From the NCBI RefSeq assembly GCF_009914755.1, contig NC_060931.1: a DNA stretch of 64,000 nt; one strand, 5' to 3'. Shown here piece after piece: positions 1 to 21,638 of this stretch. A model generated the notes under the pieces. That model saw only the letters and a program-made list of their open reading frames with translations. It was not told where the DNA came from and did no database searches. Both the position numbers and the translations under genes were made by a program. Position 1 is the first letter of the stretch. Each line of letters begins with the position of its first letter. Source of the stretch: the human T2T-CHM13v2.0 reference genome, Homo sapiens.

Positions 1-163
1 GCTGGGACAACAGGTATGCACCACCATGCCCAGCTGATTTTTTTTAAGAGATGGGGTCTTACTATGTTGCCCAGGCTGGTCTCAAACTCCTGGCCTCAAG
101 TGATTCTCCTGCCTTGACCTCCCAAAGTGCTGGGATTACAGGCATGAGTTACCACATACAGTC
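1..163 (-). mobile_element. Alu (J-like), cut by window edge
   Basis: Antisense left arm cccaaagtgctgggattacagg; diverged. Confidence 0.9.
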
Positions 164-192
164 AATAGTGTTCTTTAAAGCATAAAAGTTTT

Positions 193-478
193 GGCTGGGT
201 GCAGTGACTCATGCCTATAATCCCAGCATTTTGGGATGCCAAGGCAGGAGGATGACTTGATGCCAGGAGTTCAAGAAGTGAGAGCCCATCTCTACAAAAA
301 ATACAAAAATTAGTCAAGCATGGTGGCACATATCTGTAGTCCTAGCAACTCAAGAGGCTGAGGCAGGAGAATCACTTGAGCTCAAGAGTTCAAGGCTGTA
401 GTGAGCTGTGATTGCACCACTGGACTCCAGCCTGGGTGATAGCAGAACCCATCTCAAATTAAAAAAAGGAAAAAAAAA
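193..478 (+). mobile_element. AluJ
   Basis: Dimer with small left-arm deletion; flanks cataaaagtttt/cacaaaagtttt resemble a TSD. Confidence 0.9.
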
Positions 479-1280
479 TCACAAAAGTTTTGAAATTTGA
501 AGTTCAGTTTATCTATTTTTTTTCTGTTGTTACTTGTACTTTTGGTGTCATATCTAAAAAACTTTGCACCAGCCCAATGTCATGAAAATTTACTCTTTTG
601 TTATCTTCTACGAGTATAGTTTTAACCCTTGCATTTAAGTCTATGGTCCATTGTGAGTTAATTTTGGCACACAGTGTGAAGAAGGGGTCCAACTTCATTC
701 ATTTGCATGTAGATATCCAGTTGTCCCAACTGTTTGTTGAAAAGACTATTTTTTTCTCCTAAATTGTCTTGGCATCTTGTCAAAAATCAATTGACCATAC
801 ATGTAAAGGTTTATTTCTGGACTCTAAATTTTATTCCATTGATCTATATGTCTATCCTTATGCCAGTATCAGAGTACTTTGAACACTGTAGCTATTTAGT
901 AAGTTTTGAAAGGAAGCATGAGTCCTCCAAGTGTGTTCTTCAACATTGCTTTGGCCATTGTGGTCCCTTGCATTTTCATTTGAATTATAGGATCAGCTTG
1001 ACAATTTCTACAAAAAGGTAGCCTGGATATGACAGATATGCATTGAAGCTATTGATCAATTTGGGAATGTTACCACCTTACCAATATTATCTTCAATCCA
1101 GGAACAAGGGATATCATTCTATTTACTTAGGTATTTCTATTTTTTCATGCTAATGTAACTGTAATTGCTTTCTTACTTTCATTTTTGAATTGTTCATTGC
1201 TAGTATACAGAAATTGAATCAATGTTTTGTATAGTGATCTTGTACACTACAAGTTTTCTGAAGTAATTTGTTCCAATAAT

Positions 1281-1291
1281 GTGTTTGTGTG

Positions 1292-1329
<38 letters not shown>
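1281..1329. repeat. (GT)n/(CT)n compound microsatellite
   Basis: gtgtttgtgtgtgtttctctctct...ctgtgtgtg. Confidence 0.9.
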
Positions 1330-1344
1330 ATATGTTTTAAGATT

Positions 1345-1521
1345 TTCTTTCTTTTTTTTTAATAGAGACCTGGTCTTACTATGTTGCCTAGGCTGAAGTA
1401 CAGTGGCTATTCACAAGTGCAGTCATAGTTCACTACAGCCTCAAACTCCTGGGCTCAAGTGATCCTCCTGCCTCAACCTCCTGAGTAGCTGGGACTACAG
1501 GCATGCACCACCACACCTGGC
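1345..1521 (-). mobile_element. FAM (fossil Alu monomer)
   Basis: Single monomer retaining the 7SL-derived segment cagtggctattcaca; flanked by taagatttt. Confidence 0.8.
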
Positions 1522-2720
1522 TCTATTTCTTAAGATTTTTCCATATACAAAATGATGTTATCTAAAAATAGAGATAGTTTTACTTCTCTCTTTCCAATCT
1601 GGATGTCTTTTCTTTTTATTGCGTAGTTGCTTTGGCTAGAACCTCCAGTACAATGCTGAATACAGGTGGCGAGAGCAGACATCCTTGTCTCGTTCCCGAT
1701 CTTAGGGTGAAAGCTTTCAGACTTTCCCCATTAAGTACAATATTAGCTTTGGGTGTTTTGTAGATGATCTTTATCAGGTTGCAGAATTTTCCTTCTATTC
1801 CTAGTTTTGTTGAGCTATCTGGCCTGAGATTCTCTTTGTGGGATGTTTGAAAATTAATTGTCATAGTTTTTAGACTATAGACTGATAGTTCTATCAGTCT
1901 TTTTACTTGTTATAGTTCTCTTCAGATTTTCTAATTCTTCTTGAGTCAAATTTGGCTGTTTGTGTCATTCAAGAAATTAGTTCATCTCATCTAAGTCATC
2001 AAACTAATTGGCATACAGCTGTTCATAGTATTCCCTTACAATCATTTTCATTTATCTAAGATACATGGTGACATCTACTTTTTTATTCCTGATTTTAGTA
2101 ATTTGAGTCTTTTTTATTTTTTGGTCATTCTAGGTAAAGGTTTGTCATTTTTGTTGATCTTTTCAATCAATTTTTTGGGTTTGTTGATTTTTTTTTATTG
2201 TTCTATTCTCTAGCTCATTAATTTCCACTCTAATCTCTACTGTTTCCTACCTTCTGCTTCCTTTAGGTTTAGTTTGCTTTTAAATTTCTGGTGTCTTAAG
2301 ATGAAAGGTGAGGTTATTGATTTAAGGTATTTCTTTTTTAATATAAATATTTACAGCTATAAGTGTATCTCTAAGTAGTGCTTTAGCCGCATCCCACAAG
2401 TTTTAGTATGTTGCGTCTTCATTTTCATTCCTTTCAAAGTATTTTCTGATATTCCCTGTGATTTTTCTTTGACTCAATTGGTTATTTAGAAGTGTGTTGT
2501 TTAATTTCCACCTATTTTTGAACTTCCAACATTTCTTTCTGTTACTAGTATTGTCTAATTTCACTCCATTTTGATTGGCAAACATACTTTGCATGATTTC
2601 AATCCTTTTAAATTTGTTCAGGCTTTTTTTTTACATCCTGGTATATGGTTTATCCTGAAGAATGTTTCATATGCACTCAAGAAAAATATGTATTTTGCTG
2701 TTGTGCGGAGTGTTCTATAG

Positions 2721-3238
<518 letters not shown>

Positions 3239-3864
3239 TAAGGCTCTGTTTTTAGATGCACATATGCGTACAATTGCTAAATTATCTTGATGGATTGACC
3301 CTTTTATAAAATGTCCCTCTTTATCTCTAATAATATTTTTTATTGAAAGTCTAATTTGTCTTATACTGATATAGCCACTCCAGTTTTCTTAACATTGCTA
3401 TTCGCATATCTTTTTCAATCCTTTTACTTTCAACCTACTTGCATCTTTGAATGTAAAGTGTGTGTTCTATAGACAGTATGTAGTTGAATCTTACTTTTTA
3501 TCCATCAGAACACATTCTACCTTTTGATACAATTGTTTAATCCATTCACATTTAATATTATTATTGATATAACTGGATTCACATCTGCCATTTTGCTTTT
3601 TGTTCTCTATGTGTCTTAAGTCTTTTTTGTTCTTCTGCTTCCTCCTTTACTGCTTTCTTTTTGCATTAATTTAATACTTTCTAGTGTAACACTTAAATTT
3701 CTTTTAATGATTCCCTCACTATGTATATTTTTATTATTTTCTTATGGTTGCTGTATGGCTTAACATAAATATCTTAATTTATCAGAACCTGCTTCAGATT
3801 ATAGTTACTTAAACCCAGTAAAATATAAAAAACATTGTTCTGTATAGCACTATTCCTTCTTTAA

Positions 3865-4266
<402 letters not shown>

Positions 4267-4500
4267 AATAATATATTTTATAATTATCATATTATATAAT
4301 TTTATGTGTGTTGATGAAGATAAGAGAAGAAATGAAAACAAGTAATTGTAGAGTTTGTTACATTAACCTTCTTATTTGCCATTTATGTTTCTTTTCATTT
4401 GTTCCTGTGAATTTGAGATACCATCTGGTGATGTTTCTTTCTCCTATACAGTTTTACTCCCATTTGCTTCTTTTGTCATGTTATTGTCAAATGTATTACC

Positions 4501-4791
4501 TTTTTTAAATACAGACAGGCTCTCACTCTGTTGCCCAGGCTGGAGTGAAGTGGCATAAACATAGCTCACTGTAACCTTGAACTCCTGGGCTCAACTGATT
4601 CTCTTGCCTGAGCCTCCGGAGCAGCTAGGACTACAGGCACCCACCACCATGCCTAATTTTTAAAAAATATTTTTGTAGGCAGAGTCTCGCTATGTTGCCT
4701 AGGCTGGTCTCAAACTCCTGGCCTCAAGCAATTTCCCCACCTCAGCCTCCCAAAGTGCTGGGATTACAGGCATGAGCCTCTGCAACCAGCC
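4501..4791 (-). mobile_element. AluJ
   Basis: Diverged dimer, ctcctgggctcaa. Confidence 0.9.
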
Positions 4792-4995
4792 ACATTTTTA
4801 TATATTAAAAACTCAACAATACAATTATAAATGCACTGTTTTATGCAATTAATTTTTAAATCAATTAAGAGAAGGAAGAAAATATATGCATTTATAGTGT
4901 ATTTTATAATAACATAATTGCCTTGATCTTTTTTTCTTCTTTCTTTTTTTGTGTGGATTTGAATTACTGTTTGGTGTCACTTGCTTTTAGCCTGA

Positions 4996-5442
<447 letters not shown>

Positions 5443-7342
5443 TGAGATTCTTGGTTGATAGGGGTTATTTTTCTTTGAGCATTTTGTATATGCCATCCCA
5501 CTGCCTTCTGGGCTCCATGGTTTCTAATGAGAAGTCAACTGTTAATTTTATTGGGGTTCCCTTGAACATGAGTAATTTTTCTGTTGTTACTTCAAGATTT
5601 TCTCTTTATTTTTGTCTTTCAACATTTTTACTATGATGTATCTGGTATGTATCTCTTTGCACTTATCACACTTGGAGTTCATTGAGATTAATATTTCTCA
5701 TCAAATTTGGGAAGCTTTTAGCCATTATTTCTTCTAATATTTTTTTCTGCTTCTTTTCTTTCTCCTCTCCTTCTGCTACTCTCATTACATATATATTATT
5801 ACACTTAATGGTGTACCCACAGTTCCTTGAGGCTCTACTCATTTTTCTTCATTTTTTTCTCTCTATTATTTGGATTGTATAACCTCTCAATCAATCTTCA
5901 TGTTCATAGACTCTTTCTTCTTCTGGTTCAAATCTACTATTGTGCTCCTATAGTAATTTTTTTAATCTCAGTTATTGTACTTTCTAGTACCAAAATTTAA
6001 ATTTGGTTCATTTTTTATCATTTTATCTCTTTTGGTATTCTTTCTTTAATGAGATATTGTCATTGTATCTTCCTTTACTTCTTTAAGTATAGTCTTCTTT
6101 AGTTACATATTTATAATGCTTCTTTGAAGTCTTTGCTAAATTTGCTATGTGGGCTCTCTCACAAGCAGTTTCTGTTGCCTCCTTTTATTATTCCTATGTA
6201 TGGGTCATACTTTCCTATTTCGCTGCATATCATAATTTTTTGTTAAAAACTGGGCATTTGTATTGTAACAACTGGATACTGATTTCCCTCACTCCTCCCT
6301 CTCTAGGACTTATCGTTGTTTCTTGTTTATCTTGTTTTGTGACCCAGGGAACTATTTTAGTGAAGCCTATTTCTCCCTCAGTGTGGAGCCCCTGATGTTA
6401 ATCTTCAGAGGTTACAACCTTGGGCACACAAAGAGTCACCCTGGGATGACAATGGTTTTAGCTGGACTCTCTTCGAGCCTCCTTTTCTTTTTTTTTTTAT
6501 CTTATACTATCTGCTGCCTCGGTAGGTTTTACACTCTCCTGTTAATGTCCACTAATTCCCCTCCAATTTTCATTTGTTATAACAATGCCCTGGAGCAATT
6601 GAATTCAGGTACCTTTGCAGAGGTAGCTAAGCTGTTGAGGCCAGTTTTTGAGACTTCCTTTGAGACCAGGAAGGCTCTTCTTAGCTCTCTATTTCCCTGG
6701 TTGTCTCCAGTAAATATGTAGCTGTCCTATGATTTAATTTGTTGCTCACATGGAGCTCCTAGCCTCCTCTTAATTGCTTACTACCAAAATCTGCATTGTT
6801 TTCTAGAGTGTAGGCTTGAATTTCTCCACACTCCAGGCTTAATGAAGTCAGTTCCACTGGGGAGAGCTTCAGGGATCTTTGTTCTTATGTCCTGTCTCTC
6901 TCCCTGGGCAAAATTCTTCACCAGGGCTCTGGAACTGGGGGTAGAGACAGTGGCCTGCTTCTCTCTGAGTGTTATTCCCCTACTTTATGAGTAGGGCTTT
7001 AGACAGGAGCAATAGCCTCCAGTCTTCCCAGTGTTCCTCTCCCAACATGGAAACTCTGCTGTAAGGGCAAGCTGTGTCCAGGGAAATTGTGATCCTTATA
7101 TTTTCAGCCTCCCACACCTAGGGTTCACCTGTACCCTAAAAGCAGGGGCTGGGTAAGAGAACGGACCACCCCCAAGACCTCCCAGTTGCTCTTGCCTGAG
7201 TTAGAGCTTCTACGACACAGAGCCAGGGTTGGGGAAGAAAAATGCTGGTGGCCTGCCCTCCTGGGAAGATACAATAGCCCTCAACTGGGATTTGAGAGAG
7301 ACAGAGCCCTGTGTTCTTGGCTGCACCCACCCAGGATGGAGC

Positions 7343-8351
<1,009 letters not shown>

Positions 8352-8767
8352 CAGCCTCTGTCACAATGAACTAGGGATGAAAGTCGGGGAGCTGTGGGAA
8401 AGGAAGTAAGTCATGGTTCAAATGCCACAGAGTCTTATTGTTATTGTGACTTACTAGATTTTCTTAAATAAATATTTCTTCATTCATTGTGTGCCTGTAG
8501 GACAATTTCCAGAGACTTCAGATGGTGGTTTTTTACATAATTTTCACCAGTTGTGGTTGTCTCACTGGGAAGAGGGTCCACAGAGCTCCTTGTGCTGCCA
8601 TTCTGAAAATTGTCTCCAGTGCACACTGTTATGAAAATTGCATAATTTTGCATCTTTCCTTTTTTACATGTTTTAATGATTTTCTACATAATTACAAACT
8701 TCATAAATTTTTAGTTATTGTGCAACAGTCCATCAATTTGGATATACTGTACCTTACTTTGATAAAC

Positions 8768-9990
<1,223 letters not shown>

Positions 9991-10276
9991 ATCTCTAAAG
10001 TCAAAGTCCCTTAACTTGAGTCTATTATCAAAATTCTATATGATAGCTGAGTAGTAATTAAGTTATTATTTCTAGATTTGGTCAAGTAAGAGATGTGCCT
10101 CTTTAGCAGAGCCTCTAGCAAACAATGATCATGAAGCTAAATAGTTTCTAAGAATTTATTGAAGTCCTAGATACAAGATGATCTTGACACCCCCAGGCAG
10201 ATTTGTCTAAGCCTAAGAATGCCTGTCACTCTTACTGATCAGGATAATCATGCTTAAATATATTAAAGAGCAGTTA

Positions 10277-10604
10277 GACCAGGCATGGTGGCTCATGCCA
10301 CCTGTAATTCTAGCACTTTGGGAGGCCGAGGTGGGCAGATCACCTGAGGTCAGGAGTTCGAGACCAGCCTGGCCAACATGGTGAAACCCCGTCTCTACTA
10401 AAAATACAAAAATTAGCTGGGCATGGTAGCGGGTACCTGTAATTCCAGCTACTCAGGAGGCTGAGGCAGGAGAATTGCATGAACCTGGGAGGCGGAGGTT
10501 GTGGTGAATGGAGATGACACCACTGCACTCCAGCGTGGGTGACAAAGTGAGACTCCGTCTCCAAAAATAATAATAATAAATAAATAAATAAATAAATAAA
10601 TAAA
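10277..10604 (+). mobile_element. AluSx-like with (TAAA)n tail
   Basis: TSD aaagagcagtta. Confidence 0.93.
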
Positions 10605-11400
10605 GAGCAGTTAGCCTTTCCAATTCAACCTCCAGATAAAGAATCAAACATAAATTACTTAAATTTGGTTCTATGCGATGGAATGGTGGTCTATATCAGT
10701 GGCTCTCAAAGGAACCCGACCAGCACAATTACTGGTTTAGATAGGTCAGACCAGGGCTAATGCTGGCAGGTATCAGTGTCAAAACCCTCAAACCTTAAAA
10801 TCTGACATGGGTTGCCTCACATCCAGCCCCAAGGGCTTGTGTGTTTCTGCTGCAAACATTTTACCTTTCTCCAACTGATAAGAAAAAGGATGAAGAAAGG
10901 GTATAAGACTAATTGTATGATAATCAGCTGGGAGTGATCTGATATAGGAAAAGGATGTAATGAATCATTAATGTTATGGAACCACTTTTTGGTATTCAGG
11001 TCAGTCTGACTGGCTGGAGGGAGGTTACGAGGGCTCAGAGAACACAGCAGGCAAGCTCAATGTACTTTGTGAACTAGGATTTAAGAGCAAGGTCTTAGAA
11101 CCACCTGTTCCTCTCCTGCCATGAATAACCCCGGTGATGTAGGGCAAGTTAGAAGGCCCCTGAGATTCATTTCTTGAACTTGAAGGCTACAGAGGCTGCC
11201 ATGGCACCTGGGTAGCCATTGGCCAATGGCCCACTGTAAGTGACACTGTGGCACCAGGGAACCATGGTCATACAGGCTAGGAGAGTCAGCCTCGCAGAAT
11301 GTTTCTGAGGCTCTGCAGAAAAGCTGCACCAATATGCCTCTCTCCATCCATCCCAGCAGTGATGAGAATACAAGTATGATAGCATCAAACACAAGGCTTA

Positions 11401-11877
<477 letters not shown>

Positions 11878-12376
11878 CTAATAATTGCCTTTGATAAATA
11901 GCGGTAAGCTACAACACTCTGTGGTTTCAGCATGGCTTTAAAATTAAGACACATAATATAACTTGCACATGCAATTTTTCAATTTTTTCCCCTTAGAGCT
12001 AATCTTCACAGATTGTCAGACATGATAATGATTATTGTTCACTCGGGTAGCTCTGGCCTGGCAGAAGCCTGTAGAAGGAAACTGTCTAACAACAACATTA
12101 GTGCTTTACACTGGGTTCAGTGAGTGCTGCCTGTGGCAAAGGAGGGATGGGGGCCGAGTACAGGGAGTGGAGTGGTGGAAGAGAGGTTGTGGGGAAAGGG
12201 GACTATGGAATCATTATGGAGGGGCTGTTTTGGGGGAATTTATCCACATTCCTAGGAGGAAAAAATTGAGCACTTTTCCTGGTGGCATTAGAGAATTTTT
12301 TTAATGTTTAATTTTTCTTTTTTTTTTTTACTTTTTAAAATTTTATTAATTTTTTTTGCTACAAAAGTAATGCATA

Positions 12377-12502
12377 AGTCAGGTGCAGTGGCTCATGCTT
12401 GTAATCCCAGCACTCTGGAAGGCCAAGGCAGGTGGATCCCTTAAGCTCAGGAGTTCAAGATGAGTCTGGAGAACATGGTGAAGCCCCATCTCTACAAAAA
12501 CT

Positions 12503-12539
<37 letters not shown>

Positions 12540-12713
12540 AGCCATGCATGGTGGTGTGCTTGTAGTCCCAGCTACACAGGAGGCTGAGGTGGGAAGGTCA
12601 CTTGAGCCCAGGAGGTTGAGGCTGTAGTGAGCCATGATCACACTACTGCACTCCAGCCTGGGCGACAGAGGGAGACCCTGTCTCAAAAACAAAACCAAAC
12701 AAAACAAAGAAAC
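12377..12713 (+). mobile_element. AluJ with (CA)n in central linker
   Basis: Dimer; CA repeat ~12503-12535. Confidence 0.92.
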
Positions 12714-12826
12714 AAATGCTAATCTCTTCTGAAAACACCCTCACAGACAACCCAGGAATAATGTTTTATCAGCTATCTGGGCATCCCTTAGCCCAGTCAA
12801 GTTGACACATGAAATTAACTGTCACA
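12714..12826 (-). mobile_element. MLT2 (ERVL) LTR 5' fragment
   Basis: Reverse complement of tgtgacagttaatttcatgtgtcaacttgactgggctaaggg; similar to the copy starting at 61618. Confidence 0.8.
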
Positions 12827-13089
12827 CCCTCCAATTCCATCATTTTGAGTTCGCCATTTTTTTCTATGTTTATTTTAAAATATCTAAACATGTCCACATC
12901 TATAGGGGTTTTTCTCGTAAGCAATTCTAATCATTAATCCTGATTGATGTGTTTCCAGTACTAGGAAAACAAAGTCACACCAGTGTTCCAAGCTGTCATC
13001 AACAGCCAAAGCTATCATGTCAATATATGACATCAACTGCATGACCGGCTCTATTCTCAGCCCTTTAGCTGTCGCCTTATTTTTTTGTT

Positions 13090-13215
13090 GTTACAACAAA
13101 CCTCTGAGATAAGTATTATTATCAATCCCATTTTAAAAATGAGAAAACTGAGGCTGAAAGGAGTTAAGGAGTTTTTCATTTGACCATGGAATCTGAGAGG
13201 GCAGAAACCCTGGCT
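13090..13215 (-). mobile_element. MIR
   Basis: cccattttaaaaatgagaaaactgaggct core. Confidence 0.7.
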
Positions 13216-14002
<787 letters not shown>

Positions 14003-14626
14003 TCAGTTTAATTCACTCCCTGAATGGTAGAGTGATTTTGTGGATGAAGATACTGAAGTTCAGAGAGATGCAATGATTGTCCACGGCTGTAAGGGCAGAG
14101 CCCACATGGTCCAACTACCAGTCCAAGGCTTCTCCCACAGTTATCACTCCATGAAATGTCTTCATGTCTCACTTAAGTGCTGCAGTGTGTGAACTCACAG
14201 GGGTGTAGGGGCTCCATTTGCTCTGCTAACTCCAGTTCCTGCCTCTTGATATCTCAACATCTATAAGCTAAGGCAACCTAAGAAGAAATTAAAGAAGCAT
14301 AGATGAGCCATTTTCTCACTGTAATGTTGCAAAACCGTCCCCCAGAACATGTCTGGATTTTTTGGATTTGTTTTTGTAGCAGCAGTTTTGGAGAAAAACA
14401 TATGAATGAAGCCCAATTGACCAGTGATATAGTTTAGTTGTTTGTCCCTTGCACATCTCATGTTAAAATGCCATTCCCGATGTTGGAGGTGGGGCCTGGT
14501 GGGAAGTGTTTGGGTCATGGGGGCAGATCCCTTATGAATGGCTTGGTGCCCTCCTCACAGTAGTAATGAGTGAGTTCTCATTCTGTTAGTTCACACAAGA
14601 GTTGGTTGTTTAACGGAGCCTCACAC

Positions 14627-14629
<3 letters not shown>

Positions 14630-14676
<47 letters not shown>
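14630..14676. repeat. (CT)n microsatellite
   Basis: Pure tc run. Confidence 0.95.
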
Positions 14677-14683
<7 letters not shown>

Positions 14684-14758
14684 GATATGCTGGCTCCCCC
14701 TTTGCCTTCTGCCTTCATCATAAGCTTCCTGAGGTGTCACCAGAAGCAGAGCAGATAG

Positions 14759-15122
<364 letters not shown>

Positions 15123-15465
15123 TAACCACTTTCTTTGTAAATTACCCAGCCTCAGGTATTCCTTTACAGCAATGCAAAATGGACTAAGACAACTAGCTGA
15201 ACTCCAAGAAGGACGGGGCTGGCTGAATAAAAGTGGGGTGTCAGAGGAGGGAGAGCCAGGTCCTAGAAGGAGCAGGATAAAAAGAAGAGCTTTGCAGCTT
15301 AGGGCAAGGAGGAGGGAATTGAGCTCGTCTCCCGGCTGAGCAGGGTGCTGAAGGAAGAGACAAAAGCATTATCCAAATGACCTCAGGTTGCATGAGAGGA
15401 GGGGACCTCTTGGAGGTGGAATTACAGGCAGGACCCAGACGCTTCATGACCCAGAGGAGTTAATG

Positions 15466-15475
15466 TGAGTCAGCA
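15466..15475 (-). promoter_or_regulatory. Candidate NRF2/small-MAF (ARE) and AP-1 motif
   Basis: tgagtcagca = reverse complement TGCTGACTCA; motif match only. Confidence 0.3.
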
Positions 15476-15522
15476 GGAGCGGGGTCACACGCAGGCAAAG
15501 CCAGGAGGCTGGCGTTGGAGAC

Positions 15523-16227
<705 letters not shown>

Positions 16228-16530
16228 AAGACAAAAGCTTTCTAGCAATGCAGTTGACTCTCTTGGCATTGGGTTCCTGAACATAGAATAGGGCAGGCGG
16301 CTTCCTGCAGATTCTGGGCAGTGAGATCAGTTAGGAGCTTCTGCAAGGGAGGCTCTGGGGAAGGCCACCTTCCCTGAGACATGCCAGACAACAGTTTAAC
16401 TATTGCCACATCAACCTATACTCAGCTATAGCTGCAGGCTGAGAAGGCTGGCCAAGAGGGGAAAGAACACTACTTATTATGTTTTTTCCAATTGCATATT
16501 TTGCCTCAAAGTCACTCATTGAAAAGGATT

Positions 16531-17258
<728 letters not shown>

Positions 17259-17261
17259 TAA

Positions 17262-17560
17262 ATTAACCATACATCATGGTGCATGCCTGTAGTCCCAGCT
17301 ACTGGGGAGGCTGAGGTGGGTGGATCACTTCAGACCAGGGGTTCAAGACCAGCCTAAGTAACATAGTGAGATCCCACCTCTACAAATTAATTTTTTTGAA
17401 ATTAGGCAGGTTTGGTGGTGCATGCCTGCAGTCCTAGCTACTGGGGAGGCTGAGGCTGGAGGATCACTTGAGCCCAGGAGTTCAAGATTGCAGTGAGCAC
17501 CACTGCACTCCAGCCTGGGCAACAGAGTGAGACTGTCTCAAAAAAAAAAATAATAATAAT
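17262..17560 (+). mobile_element. AluJ-like (hybrid monomer plus right arm)
   Basis: First monomer starts as right arm (gtagtcccagctac) and ends as left arm (aacatagtgagatcccacctctac). Confidence 0.85.
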
Positions 17561-17906
17561 ACAAAGGGGACCAACATTTTAAAAGCTAGATTTGAGTGGA
17601 GGGTGTATATTTGTTTCCAAGATTGGTAGTTTTTTGAGGCTTGCCAGTACATATCTGGAGCCAGTGCCCTCGCAGTCTCCCTTTCCTTTTCCCACCCTTC
17701 ACCCTTGGGTTGCATTTTCTCATCTTGCTTTAATCAGCCTTATCCACAGTAAGGGAAATCAACTAGTCCTAAGGAGGCTTCTCTGCTGTTCCTCAACTTG
17801 GCAGCTAGTTAATTCTCAAAAGAAGGATTGCATTTGAAAGCAAGTACTGCCTTTATTTTACTGTGGTGCAGTTCTCTGATCCTCCTGCTGCTGCTTTGAA
17901 TAATCA

Positions 17907-18302
<396 letters not shown>

Positions 18303-18859
18303 TCAGGAATAGCATTCCGTAACAAATGAGATTATACCTCTTTTCATTATCCATCCTTTTCATTCAAGTACAGTAGCAGTACTGGGACTTTCAAGGATCA
18401 CATCAACTAAATCCTGAGTTAGAGACATTTAAATTCAAAAATCCACACTCAGCTGTACCTTTTCTCTCCTAGCTACTTCAGTGAATTTGGGGTTTGGCTA
18501 TAACTGCTTGAAATTTTATTTTAAAGTAAATGGAAGCTTGTTTTGACATTGCACAGTTATTTCAACATGCATCCCCAAGAGTATGGCTGCAAATGGAGTA
18601 TAAATGTGACAGGATCCCAACTCGAGATTTTCGTTTTAGCCCAGCTCATTCAAAGCAATAATCTACATTGTGCCATGCCAAGTGGTGAGTGACTACGCTA
18701 GGAGGATTAAAGGATTATTTTTTTTAATCCACTGGAACTCAAGCCATGGCCTCTCTATCAGTAACATTAATAACTAAAATGGACTGAATTCACATACCTC
18801 TTTTCTCCAAGATTCTCAAAATGTTTTTGCCAAATGTAACGTACCCAATCACAGATTAA

Positions 18860-19032
18860 TTTTTAGAGCTGGGAAGAGAGCTTAGAGATCAACCAGACAA
18901 ACTCAATAATTTAAAGATGAAATCCGGGGCCCAGGGATGTTCAATGACTTAGTCCAGGTCTTGTGGCCACTTACTGGCAAAGCCAACCTGGAACCCAGGC
19001 ATCCAGATTTTTAGCCTGGGGTGCTTTCCCCC
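18860..19032 (-). mobile_element. MIR
   Basis: gatgaaatccggggcccagggatgttcaatgactt...ggaacccaggc. Confidence 0.6.
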
Positions 19033-19039
19033 ACAACTC

Positions 19040-19508
19040 TGGTCTGTGGATTTGCATCCAGCATTACATCACCTGGGAGCTTATTAAAAAAAGCAGAATC
19101 TCGGCCGGGTATGGTGGCTCATGCCTGTAATCCCAGCACTTTGGGAGGCCAAGGCAGGCGGTTCACCTGACGTCAGGAGTTCAAGACCAGCCTGGCCAAC
19201 ATGGCGAAACACTGTCTCTACTAAAAATACAAAAATTAGCCTGACGTGCTGGCAGGTGCCTGTAGTCCCAGCTACTCAGGAGGCTGAGGCAGGATAATCA
19301 CTTGAAACTGGGAGGCGGAAGTTGCAGTGAGCCAAGATCGCACCACTGCACTCCAGCCTGGGTGACTGAGTGACACTCCATCTCACAAAAGAAAAGAAAA
19401 AGAAAAACAAAAGCGGAATCTCAGGCTCCACCCCAGACCTGCTAAATCAGAATCTGCATTTGAACAGAGCCCTCTGTGTTTGTGTGCCCATTAAAGAATG
19501 AAAAGCCT
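19040..19508. mobile_element. MER5A-like DNA transposon split by Alu
   Basis: atcacctgggagcttattaaaaa|gcagaatctcaggctccaccccagacctgctaaatcagaatctgcattt. Confidence 0.75.
19103..19412 (+). mobile_element. AluS
   Basis: TSD aaaagc(a/g)gaatctc. Confidence 0.93.
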
Positions 19509-19509
19509 C

Positions 19510-19640
19510 CAGGAGGCTATGACAGGAGGATCACCTGAGCCTAAAAGTTCAAGGCTTCAGTGAGCTATGATCACGCCACTGCACTCCAGCCTGGGCAGCA
19601 GAGCCAGACCTTGTGTCTGAAAAACATAAATAAAATTAAA
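19510..19640 (+). mobile_element. Alu right-arm fragment
   Basis: 5'-truncated monomer with TSD-like flanks. Confidence 0.8.
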
Positions 19641-19859
19641 AGGATGAGAAGCCTCGCTTCACATTTTTCTGCCATCATCTCACAGCTCCGTAACCTTTGC
19701 ATTTAACATCAGTACCATTTTCTGAACATGCCCAAGAGAGTCCAATAAAATAAGTACAATAATGTAGAAAGAAAATTCCCTACTGAAAGAAAAGTGTCAC
19801 AGTGCATCTGGCCATGGCAACAGATGGAAAAGATCAAAAGAGGATCCTATTGTCTGGAG

Positions 19860-20179
<320 letters not shown>

Positions 20180-20409
20180 TGATTTTATGAAGAACTTACT
20201 CTGTGCCCTTGGATAAACAAGGTCCCCACCCTGAACAAGCTTATAATCAGGTAGGAGAGAAAAATTCAGTGCCTGAGGAGCAAAAATAGAAACAATTAAA
20301 TTCTAAACTGGGATGTAAAGAATCTAGAGCAATAGGTATTAACATACAGACTGAGTGGACTGGGGTGCTCAGGGAGAACTTCCACGGGACCCCCTCTAAT
20401 TCATCCTCC

Positions 20410-21530
<1,121 letters not shown>

Positions 21531-21638
21531 CCCTTATCCAGCTAATCCTTTCTCATCCTATGGTCTCTGACAAGAGACCAGGGGACAGCCTCCAAAACTT
21601 GGATAAGTGGCTGTCTTCTGTACTCCCATCATGCCCTG

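Noticed and set aside
1345-1521. 7SL RNA gene or pseudogene
   Set aside because: Lacks most of the S domain; length and structure fit FAM
1616-1864. Reverse-transcriptase-like ORF
   Set aside because: Short decayed L1 ORF2 fragment among stops and frameshifts; reported as part of the L1
11081-11394. Overlapping non-Alu ORFs of 75 and 103 aa
   Set aside because: No recognisable domain, partly MIR-like, length compatible with chance
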